Positions 22,058-30,819 of a stretch of DNA of 64,000 nucleotides are shown in pieces (the first letter of the stretch is position 1; every line of letters starts with the position of its first letter). Source of the stretch: Paramoeba atlantica (taxonomy: Eukaryota > Protista > Discosea). The stretch is from assembly GCA_977017575.1 (NCBI GenBank), contig CDRNVI010000049.1, positions 186,001 to 250,000 of the forward strand, written 5' to 3'. The notes below the pieces were generated by a model. It was given only the letters and a program-made list of their open reading frames with translations, had not been told where the DNA came from and ran no database searches. The translations under genes were made by a program, and so were the position numbers.

Positions 22058-24259
22058 CTAAAGAAGTAGCAATTTTTCGATTACTGCGTGTATTTGTAGA
22101 AATAGAGCTTTCGTTAACATTTTCGATTCACTCTGAAACAATAAAAACTCTTGCAGCAATGCGCCTACTGTCTCATAAGTTAATTCACATGAACGCAGTC
22201 GTGTACGAATTGATCTCAAAAGTGCTTCGTCTGATTTCAATTCGTTCAATTCTGTGCTAATCGTCGCTAATAGCAAACTACTGTATGCAGCCACAAGACA
22301 ATGCGCGGTGCTAAGATAAGACTTTTCGGTGGACGTAAAATATAATGATATCTGACACAGCAAGGAATTGATAAAGTTTATGTGACGCCCTAGGTATCGA
22401 GATGACTTCATATTCCGTTCTCTATCGGAAAGACGAGTACACAAATCATTAATCGTCGTAGGTGATTTGCATAGGTTGCAGAGGGTTCCTAAAACAAGAG
22501 CTTTGACTTCAACGGCCTCTTCTATCAGGCCAGAAATTTTTCTACCAAAAAGATCATGAATATTGCAAAACAAATCAAGATATACATCCTGACTCATCAA
22601 TTCAGCGCAAACATGATTATTGGAGAGGTTAAGAAGAATTTTAGCACAGCTTAAGTGCCTTTCCACTTCTCGCGTGTTGAAAGGCTTATCGACCAATATC
22701 GCCTTAATCGCACGACATATATCTAGCAATGCGCCGTTAGTGTCTACATTCGTACTCTGTCGTATGATCTTCTCCGATATTCTACTCTCGGCGCTATCTT
22801 TACTATCACTTATCAAACACGTTAAACTTAGCTCCTCAATACACGAAAGAGAGGCAAGAATTATGGAACGAAGGTTTGAATCCAAATCTTTAGAAATATA
22901 CTCTTCAACAATTTTCATAAAGGACTCGGAGTGCAGAAGTTGAAAACATGTTGTCTGTGCCACACTCAGTGCCCTTGGACTTGAAATATCCGTCGTGACG
23001 TGAGGCGACGATAAGCTGTGCTCTTCTGGACATGAAAAACTTAGAAAAGAACGCTGTGAATTTGGACTACCCTCTCCTTGACTTTGTGATACTTTAATAT
23101 CACTCTCTTCCTCATCCAAAGCTTCAGGATTTTGAGCCCAAGATGGTTGAAGAATTATGGTGAGCAACTTTAAATACCCGAATAGGGTTCTGTGCGAGGT
23201 TTTCCATGCTTCGTATACGTGCTGTGAGATGTGACTTGAAGATACGAGAATCGATGTATTTTCTTGATCAGTGCCTTGATCCATTCCAGACCGACGCTCT
23301 ATGGGAAGAGATAGTTCATGTGAACGTGTACTTTGATCAACTTTCTTCATGTTCAATTGAGTTTCTACTCTTTTACCAAGCTGTAACCAACTACCTTTTC
23401 TATAATTTGAGCGCTGTGCATTAAACTCTGAGCGAATAGAATTAGCGCTTGAGGGGTGATTTTCCGGTCTGGACGATATTTCGGATTCTTTCTCTACTGA
23501 TTCGCAGATCCTATCGAGTACCATTCTAAGGCATCCATCAGTAAAATACGTATGGTTCGCGTAATCTCGAAAAAGAAGAAACAAAATTTCAAAGAAATAC
23601 TCTTTGTCGTCGTTCTTCGCCCATTCAGACTCGGTGTTGCATGACGTAATTGCTTCAACAAAGCTTTTAAAATTTCCGTTCCTGCGCAGGCCGTTCGTTA
23701 CCGCGTTTGGCGATTCACGCACTAAAGTATGAAGCTCCTTTAATGTGCTTCGCTTATTTGAAGAGTTTGCAAGCATCGCCGATAAGAAAAGACAATGCTC
23801 TACGACCGGTGCACATCTATTACTCTGTATGTGAAGTTGACTAGGAAAAACTTCAGAATTTGTTGAAAGAGCAGCAACGGTTTCCTCAACTTCATTAGAC
23901 ATTTTCTCTATTTTTTCCCGCGGGGAATGCTTTTCTTTGCCGTTACCCTGATGTACGGAGCCAGTCTCAGAATAAATTCGTTTCGTTCTTGAATATGAGT
24001 TTGTGTATGTGGATGCATAACGTTCATCAGAAAAGGAAGAGAAAAAAGAGCGATGCTCGGAATCTTCTTCTTCTAACAAGGAAGTCCCTTTATTCTGTGT
24101 GGGTAACTTAACATCGCCTAAATGAAAAGGAGGAGTGTATGATTCTTTATTTGTGGTTCCATTCGACATAGGCAAGTCTCTAGAGTTTACGCACCGCGCA
24201 GCAAAGCTATCTATTTTATCTACTAAATTCCGAGTACTCACGGGACGTCTCTTTGGCAT
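22058..24259 (-). CDS. WAPL: WAPL-like cohesin release factor (divergent ARM/HEAT C-terminal domain)
   Basis: The C-terminus LLNLSNNH...LGTLCNL...LVAAYSSLLLATISTE...LLQEFLLFQ...IHAVIEKL parallels the WAPL domain (plant AYSALLLAFLSTES; animal IVASYTALLLGCL...KFLSF...SRVIEYL). Confidence 0.65.
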   Translation of the reverse strand: MPKRRPVSTRNLVDKIDSFAARCVNSRDLPMSNGTTNKESYTPPFHLGDVKLPTQNKGTSLLEEEDSEHRSFFSSFSDERYASTYTNSYSRTKRIYSETGSVHQGNGKEKHSPREKIEKMSNEVEETVAALSTNSEVFPSQLHIQSNRCAPVVEHCLFLSAMLANSSNKRSTLKELHTLVRESPNAVTNGLRRNGNFKSFVEAITSCNTESEWAKNDDKEYFFEILFLLFRDYANHTYFTDGCLRMVLDRICESVEKESEISSRPENHPSSANSIRSEFNAQRSNYRKGSWLQLGKRVETQLNMKKVDQSTRSHELSLPIERRSGMDQGTDQENTSILVSSSHISQHVYEAWKTSHRTLFGYLKLLTIILQPSWAQNPEALDEEESDIKVSQSQGEGSPNSQRSFLSFSCPEEHSLSSPHVTTDISSPRALSVAQTTCFQLLHSESFMKIVEEYISKDLDSNLRSIILASLSCIEELSLTCLISDSKDSAESRISEKIIRQSTNVDTNGALLDICRAIKAILVDKPFNTREVERHLSCAKILLNLSNNHVCAELMSQDVYLDLFCNIHDLFGRKISGLIEEAVEVKALVLGTLCNLCKSPTTINDLCTRLSDRERNMKSSRYLGRHINFINSLLCQISLYFTSTEKSYLSTAHCLVAAYSSLLLATISTELNELKSDEALLRSIRTRLRSCELTYETVGALLQEFLLFQSESKMLTKALFLQIHAVIEKLLLL

Positions 24260-24948
24260 GAACTAATATGCGGTGCAAACTACGAAAACATGGATGTATC
24301 TGTTTTAAAAACTCATAAAGTAAAACTTTTTCAAGGTACTAAAGATTATATCGCCTGGGAAATTTAGTTTTCCGGCAACTCGCTTACAAGGATCGTGCGC
24401 GAGATCCTGTACCGATAAACGTGATCAAAAAAGATAATGTGACGTGTTCAGCCTCGCAATACACGCTACTATTCTCGTATCTCTCCAAGGTACAATCCTT
24501 GGACGGCGACCTGTGCAAATACTGTCCCCCCCCACTTAAGCGCAACCAGGTTTTGGCCTAAAATTGCGCATAAGTAGCCGGGTCAAAAAAAGGGGTGAAA
24601 AAAAATCATGAGTTCTGTACGCGGGGTACCCTGGGGGGCTGCTTTTTACATACTCCCCCTGTCATTAAATTTTATAAATTATATTTTATAACAAAAATTG
24701 AAATACACCCAAGCCAAAAATTATTATCGCTAAATTTCATGGCACAAAAAATATTTTTTTTTAGTTAAAAGTTGTCAATTTTTGGCGAGAAACATTTTTT
24801 TTATTTTTTTGTTCAATTTTACGATATGCAGAATTCTAAAGATACAAGGCTACATCGAGTATTATCTGAATGTTAATTTTCGATACCTTCTGAGGTGCTC
24901 TTTCATGACGTTTTCATGCAAACTGCTTTATTGGTGCCTACTAATCTC

Positions 24949-25530
24949 TCATTTTCCTTTCTCCACTTTTATCTTTGTGCCTTCCACCCATTCCTTCTTT
25001 ATGACCAACGGTGCTCGAAAATCAACACTCCCAACGAGATCGCTATTCCAAGAAATATCGAAGCAGGTTAATTGTAACGGTAAGGTGTGAAAGAGAACTT
25101 CTCCTGAAAACTTGTTTCGATTCAGATCGATCAAACTTAGGAAGGGAGGCAAACCGCTTAATGAAATTGGCCCCGAAAACTCATTTTTAGAGAGATTCAA
25201 GAACCTCAGCTGATTTGGCAAAGACGCAAACTCAACCGGGCCCGAGAGCCTATTCATTGTTAAATCGAGGTACGTGACAGTGTGAGGCACACTTCCCCAT
25301 GTAGGGCTTCCGCTCAACGATGCCTCGTGCCACAACACATAGGCGACCTCCCCCGGGGTGGTGCATACGACCTGGGCCCACGAACATGCGGGGTTGTGAA
25401 CCGTCCACGTGTGGTGTATGTTGTGCATGTCCTGCGTGAAGCGCACGAGGTCATATTCCTGGGGTAGGGCGAAATTTCGTACACGGCCGGCCCGGACGGT
25501 GTCACGAGTGAAACAAGGAGAAATGGTCAT
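24949..25530 (-). CDS. Small leucine-rich repeat protein
   Basis: Repeats LxLxxNxLSGP: LDLTMNRLSGP, LNLSKNEFSGP, IDLNRNKFSGE, FDISWN. Confidence 0.85.
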   Translation of the reverse strand: MTISPCFTRDTVRAGRVRNFALPQEYDLVRFTQDMHNIHHTWTVHNPACSWAQVVCTTPGEVAYVLWHEASLSGSPTWGSVPHTVTYLDLTMNRLSGPVEFASLPNQLRFLNLSKNEFSGPISLSGLPPFLSLIDLNRNKFSGEVLFHTLPLQLTCFDISWNSDLVGSVDFRAPLVIKKEWVEGTKIKVEKGK

Positions 25531-25767
25531 GGGGTTACGAAGTTAAAAAGCTTCTGAAAAGGAAAACGACCACTACACCAGGGGTAAAGGATTAGAGGTC
25601 ACGATTAGAAATGGATTCAATAAAAGATTCAAAAAATGTTGCTTTCAATTAAATTTTGTTCTCACAGTGCAATCTACAACATTAGGGAACGATGAATCAT
25701 ATATGTATGCGAGGTGAATAAGCCTTTCCCCTCTCGTTGGGATTACGCATGACAGCGAATGCGAAAC

Positions 25768-26700
25768 CTATTCCCTCTGAAGATTTTCTGTGTCATTATA
25801 TTCTTGGTGCGTTGCAAATCGAAACGAAATGTTGTACTCTTTTGCCAAGTCCAGCAATACGCGCGGATCCGATAAAAAGCCTGACCCATATTTCCCATTC
25901 TGCGGCGAATACGCCGCCCTCGTCGCGTCCAACACAATACAAACCTCATATCCCGCAGCCGCGATCGTCAACGCGCTGTCCATTACACAGAAATCAAGCG
26001 CCACGCCACAAACGTACACCCGTCTTAACTTTTCTTTACGAAAAAACTCCGCAAGCGAGACACGTTCCAGTACCGCACAAACATCCGGGGGAGCATTCAC
26101 ATTGTCTCCCCCCGCACTACACTGCAGCACAAACGACCCCGTCCACTCTAACGAACCGTTCTTCCTTCGTGGGAGTACCCTCTGCCCCTCACCCCGCTTT
26201 ACCAACGCCTCGGTGTAGGGAAACGCCCCGAAAGAGTCCATATCGGTATGAATCCCTTTATGCGCCACCACGACGTGCCGAGGGGCTTGCGCTCGTAAGG
26301 CTTGCAACTTTAAGCCCAGAGGTTTGGTAAACTCAGCCCCATAGGAACCCTGAACGCAATGGGGGGGAAAGCCTCCCCCATGGTTGACAAAACTACAATG
26401 GTCTTGGGGATGGTAATCTTTCGTGGCCACGACATGGGCTCCAGAGTCTATTGCTTTTTCGGAGAGCTCCATAATCAAATCCACAATTTCGTGGGCTTCA
26501 GGAATGGCCAACGAACCGCCGGGCATAAAGTCGTTTTGCATATCAACAATAAGGAAGGCGTCATGGGGGGTAAAGGTCAGGGGGGAGGGAAGATTAATAT
26601 TTTTGTTTAAGGGGAAGAGGGAGGGGAGGAGGGGGGGGAGTTTATTTTCGGGGGCGTATAGCAGGGTGAGGTATTCGTGGAAGAGAGGGGATGTGGGCAT
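25768..26700 (-). CDS. PNC1: Nicotinamidase/pyrazinamidase (isochorismatase family)
   Basis: LIVDMQNDF, KDYHPQDHCSF, PPHCVQG, HKG, CGVALDFCV (D-K-C triad). Likely ATG at 26700; the ORF extends upstream to 27021. Confidence 0.92.
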   Translation of the reverse strand: MPTSPLFHEYLTLLYAPENKLPPLLPSLFPLNKNINLPSPLTFTPHDAFLIVDMQNDFMPGGSLAIPEAHEIVDLIMELSEKAIDSGAHVVATKDYHPQDHCSFVNHGGGFPPHCVQGSYGAEFTKPLGLKLQALRAQAPRHVVVAHKGIHTDMDSFGAFPYTEALVKRGEGQRVLPRRKNGSLEWTGSFVLQCSAGGDNVNAPPDVCAVLERVSLAEFFRKEKLRRVYVCGVALDFCVMDSALTIAAAGYEVCIVLDATRAAYSPQNGKYGSGFLSDPRVLLDLAKEYNISFRFATHQEYNDTENLQRE

Positions 26701-27148
26701 GGGGGAGGGGGGGAAAGAGCAAAGACGGGTAAAGAAACAGGTAGGTTTCAGGTTGTGTCGGATTACAAAGGGGAAAGGGTTGTGGACCAACTCATCATAA
26801 TAAGAGAAAAATCCTGTGAAAATATGTTGAGAAATAGTAAAGGTAGTCTTGACCACTAGAAATGCTCTCGGGCGGGCGTACATAATTCTAAAGGCGTGTT
26901 CCGGAAGAGCAAACTTTCTTTTGGGGTGTCTGTACACCTGAACAAAAATGCAAGGAACCTGTCGTGTAAAAATGAAGGGAACCTGTCGTGTGAAAAGAGT
27001 AACGGGGTAGACCTCAAGCATTGTAGTGTATATTTGATCACTGAACGTGATTCAGGAAAGCAGACGAGGAGAAATGGGGCCAATGAGTCGTACCTTCTAC
27101 AGCGGTCGAAACGACTACACCGCTATGAATCGCTCTTTCCTTAAGTAA

Positions 27149-27466
27149 TTACCCTCTACGTTCCTTGGTGCGCTTTCTTTGCTCTTTTCTCCTGGAAAAT
27201 TCTGCAGCTATTTCATCAGAATCAGAGCCATACAAAGGGTAAATGGTATGGTAAAATTCACTCAAGACGTCTTTACCATCGTCAAAATTGTTTGTGCCTT
27301 GTTTGTTGCGCGCCTTCTCTAAGTCCGAATCCGAGAGAGGCAAATAATGGAGATCAATACCCTTTTTTGCATCAACAAAAACTCCCGGCGAATCAGTCAC
27401 CATATTTTTGAATACCTCTACACCATTTTCCAAGTCTTCAGCGGTGATTGAGCTCGGCCAAGGCAT
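27149..27466 (-). CDS. Small hypothetical protein (105 aa)
   Basis: ATG-initiated ORF co-oriented in the cluster, with protein-like composition. Confidence 0.5.
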   Translation of the reverse strand: MPWPSSITAEDLENGVEVFKNMVTDSPGVFVDAKKGIDLHYLPLSDSDLEKARNKQGTNNFDDGKDVLSEFYHTIYPLYGSDSDEIAAEFSRRKEQRKRTKERRG

Positions 27467-27746
27467 TTAAACAATCTACAAGTAATAGTCTGCATAAAAA
27501 ATAATACGTTGCCCGTCACATCTTAATGAGAGGAAATAAATTAATGTACGGGCGAATGCCTCATGCATAAGAAATACACGACTTTAGATATTCTCGATAC
27601 ATGTCCGTATATCAAATTAATTCCGTATATCAAGTTAAATACGAATCCAGTAAGGATATCGGAATAATTTCGTATTCGATCAAAGTTGGATAAGTTCACA
27701 AACTTTACATTACTATAAACACTATAACAAACTATTGTATGATCTT

Positions 27747-30170
27747 CTATTGTCTACGATATACATAAGCCCGCGAGGAACGAAACTCAATGTCCCCTTT
27801 GCGCGTCATGGCGTACAAAGCAAGTTGCACCCACTTTCGGTCGTGGCCTTGTGAGCGCAACAGGTTCGTCAGGCGAACAGTTTTCATTCCGAACCCTACA
27901 CTACAGTTGTGGCGAATCGCTGCCTCGACACGGTGCACACGGGCTTGCTCCGCGGGTGTGAGCGTCGAGATCGGAGTAGCACCCGCCTTGCTCGCTTCAA
28001 CTGTACTGACCTGGAACAGTCGTATCGCCTCCTCGGCATGCGTTGCTGTGGCGACTTTGGAGAGTGTCATCTTTGCTAAGGCCTCCGTCATGCGTACCAG
28101 ACTTTCAAGCTGCCGCACGGTGAGATGGATGACACTATCGGAGGGATTGTCCCCGAAGAGGGCCTCGGTGGCCTCCGCTCGGATTTTGGTGAAGTAATTT
28201 TGCAGAACTTCCTTGGCTTGTGGACTGATCAATGGGGTGCATGAGGCTTTGGCAAAAGCAATGTATTTTTGTAACAATGCGGGCTCGATAATATTAGGAT
28301 TCGTGTGCGCCGCTCCAGAGTCAATGACTCCCGGACGTGAACGTTTGTGTCCTTGTTTGTGCAGCGACATTACGTGAGAGGCAATCCGAACATCTCTTTG
28401 AAAATCCTTCACGTCAACCAGACGAAAGATACAATCAAAACGAGAAAGGATACTTGCCTGAAAACTAATTTGTTCGTCATCCGACTTGGTAGGGTCAAAG
28501 CTTCCCATTAACGGATTCGCCGCAGCTAACACACTACATCGCGCGTTGAGTACCGTAGAGATATTCGCTTTTGAGACCGAGATGGTTTGCTGTTCCATCG
28601 CTTCATGAATCGCAACCTGGTCTTGGATTCGCATCTTGTCAAATTCATCAATACACACCACCCCGCCGTCAGCCAGCACCAGCGAGCCCGCCTCCAGCCA
28701 CCACTCCCCACCCTCCCCACGGACCACCGCCGCCGTGAGCCCTGCCGCGCTCCCGCCTTTCCCCGAGGTATACAACCCCACCGGAGCGACCTTCTCCACA
28801 TACTTCAATAGCTGACTCTTCGCCGTGGACGGATCCCCCATCAACAGCACATTCATATCTCCGCGAAGAATCGACCCGTCCTTAATCCGCTTCCTCGTCC
28901 CCCCAAACAGCAAACACGCAATCGCCTTTTTAATATCCAGTGCCCCAAACACCGCAGGGTCAATACTCGTGGCAATATCCTCATACAGATGCGGTCGTTT
29001 CGCCAGAGCTTCAAAAATCTTCTCCTCCCTCGGTTGCCAAATCGGTAGCCGCAACATTGCATTCATCCCTTTACCCCACGAAGACGACGACGACGACGAC
29101 GACGACGAACCCGGACTCCACCACGAAATCGCGCCCCCCCTCCCCTCCCCCCCTCCCTCCCCCTCCCTCCCCCCCTCCTGCGACAACCCCATCCACCCCA
29201 CCCCCTTTAAATACGCCGTCCGTAGCCCCACCCCGTTTCGCGACCCATGATTTCCTTTGCCTCCCCCGCCCCCTCCCCCTCCTCCCCCTCTCTCCATCAC
29301 TGCGTTCACCGCCACCACCCCCACCCGGTCCCCCGGCGCCACGCGGTCGGTGAGGCCCCGGTCCACGAGCACCTCCACGCAGCGGGGCATCTCCCCCGGC
29401 GGGACCCCCTGCGGGAGCTCCTGGAGCCTCACCCGCTGCGCGTCCTCGTAGGCGCAGCTCTGGGCGAGCAGCGTGTAGGGCGCGGGGCGGCAGGGCGGGG
29501 TCCCGGGGAGGGGGCTGACGTTGGAGACGCAGCGCCGGGGGAGCTCCAGGTCGTTACTGAGGGGGAGGGCCACGACGGTTTTACAGGACTGGCACTGGAG
29601 GAGGGCGCGGACGCAACGGAGACGGGTCTTGCCGACTTTGATCACCAGGCCGGGGACGCAGAGGAGGTGGGCGACGGGGACGTGGCTGAGGTCGCGGAGG
29701 GGGGTGAGTGGGGAGGCCCAGAGGATTTGGAGTTGGATGTCGTGGGAGGGGGTGGGGGTGGGGGAGACGGGGAAGTAGTGCTCGGCTTCGGCGATCTCGC
29801 GGAGGGCTTCTTCGAAGAGGAAGATACATTGTGTGGCGCGATCCCGTAGGGCGATGCCTAAATCCTGACTGAAGCAGATGGCATCTTCCCAGTTGATTTC
29901 TAAGAAGTTTCGACCAGAGTAGAGATTCGATTGTAGCTGCTTCATGTAGTCAAGCACGATGGCGTTCCGAGAGGATGCCCGATACGAGGAGATAAATTCT
30001 TTAAACATTCGCTTCAGACCTTCCGGTGAAGCTTGCCATCGAGGCAGGTCATTGGAAACACTCTCACCTTGAGAAGCACGGTCGGTTGTAACGTCCCAGC
30101 TGTAAGGTGCTTCACTAGGATCACCTTCGGTCGGTGACAGCACAGATACACGTCCTAGATCGTGTTGCAT
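27747..30170 (-). CDS. MCM5: DNA replication licensing factor MCM5
   Basis: Zn finger CQSC...C..C, Walker A GDPSTAKSQ, Walker B CIDEFDKM, arginine finger SRFD, VRQLESLVR. The LFGG.RK...DG..LRGD context is MCM5-type. Confidence 0.92.
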   Translation of the reverse strand: MQHDLGRVSVLSPTEGDPSEAPYSWDVTTDRASQGESVSNDLPRWQASPEGLKRMFKEFISSYRASSRNAIVLDYMKQLQSNLYSGRNFLEINWEDAICFSQDLGIALRDRATQCIFLFEEALREIAEAEHYFPVSPTPTPSHDIQLQILWASPLTPLRDLSHVPVAHLLCVPGLVIKVGKTRLRCVRALLQCQSCKTVVALPLSNDLELPRRCVSNVSPLPGTPPCRPAPYTLLAQSCAYEDAQRVRLQELPQGVPPGEMPRCVEVLVDRGLTDRVAPGDRVGVVAVNAVMERGGGGGGGGGGKGNHGSRNGVGLRTAYLKGVGWMGLSQEGGREGEGGGEGRGGAISWWSPGSSSSSSSSSSWGKGMNAMLRLPIWQPREEKIFEALAKRPHLYEDIATSIDPAVFGALDIKKAIACLLFGGTRKRIKDGSILRGDMNVLLMGDPSTAKSQLLKYVEKVAPVGLYTSGKGGSAAGLTAAVVRGEGGEWWLEAGSLVLADGGVVCIDEFDKMRIQDQVAIHEAMEQQTISVSKANISTVLNARCSVLAAANPLMGSFDPTKSDDEQISFQASILSRFDCIFRLVDVKDFQRDVRIASHVMSLHKQGHKRSRPGVIDSGAAHTNPNIIEPALLQKYIAFAKASCTPLISPQAKEVLQNYFTKIRAEATEALFGDNPSDSVIHLTVRQLESLVRMTEALAKMTLSKVATATHAEEAIRLFQVSTVEASKAGATPISTLTPAEQARVHRVEAAIRHNCSVGFGMKTVRLTNLLRSQGHDRKWVQLALYAMTRKGDIEFRSSRAYVYRRQ

Positions 30171-30819
30171 GGACCATGAAAATTGGTTTTTTCGAGTCGA
30201 TAAAAAATCGTATATTTTCTGGAAAAAACTGTGATCTGCCTTATAAATACACACAAGTGTATGTGTAAGTGTGTGATAAAGTAAGTCGAACTTGGGAAGA
30301 AACGCTCCTCAAAGGTAAAGTTTGTACTTAAACCGAGAGTATCATTGAATCTCTTTCTTGAGAAACTACACTTTCTCAAAGCCTTTTTCTAAATCGTAAA
30401 CGCCATATGACCTACAAATAACGACACTCCCACACGACAATATAAAAGTGTTTTTCATTTCATTCAAGCTGCTCGTTTCAAGTTGTTGATATACACCGGC
30501 ACAAGCGAAACAAAAATACTACCTTTTCTCTCCATCACTTAATCAAAGCATAAGATTCGGATATGTTTCCTAAAAATAATTCTTCAAAAAAATACCAAAA
30601 ACTAAAAACAACACATGACGCAAATGTGATTCGCGTTCGAACACCTCTAAAGTAATCTGAGTATAACTGAAACCTCATTTCCAAAACTAAATCCAAAAAA
30701 CTATTCACCAGCGCGCCAACAAAACTAACACATAAAATAAAATAAAATATTAGTATTCTATCGCACGTGCCAATCAAAGAAACCCACTACTCAACTCATC
30801 AGACCTTATTCGCGCAGTT

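Noticed and set aside
24521-24800. MITE-like left end TA-CTGTCCCCCCC between WAPL-like and LRR genes
   Set aside because: No matching right TIR was found nearby.
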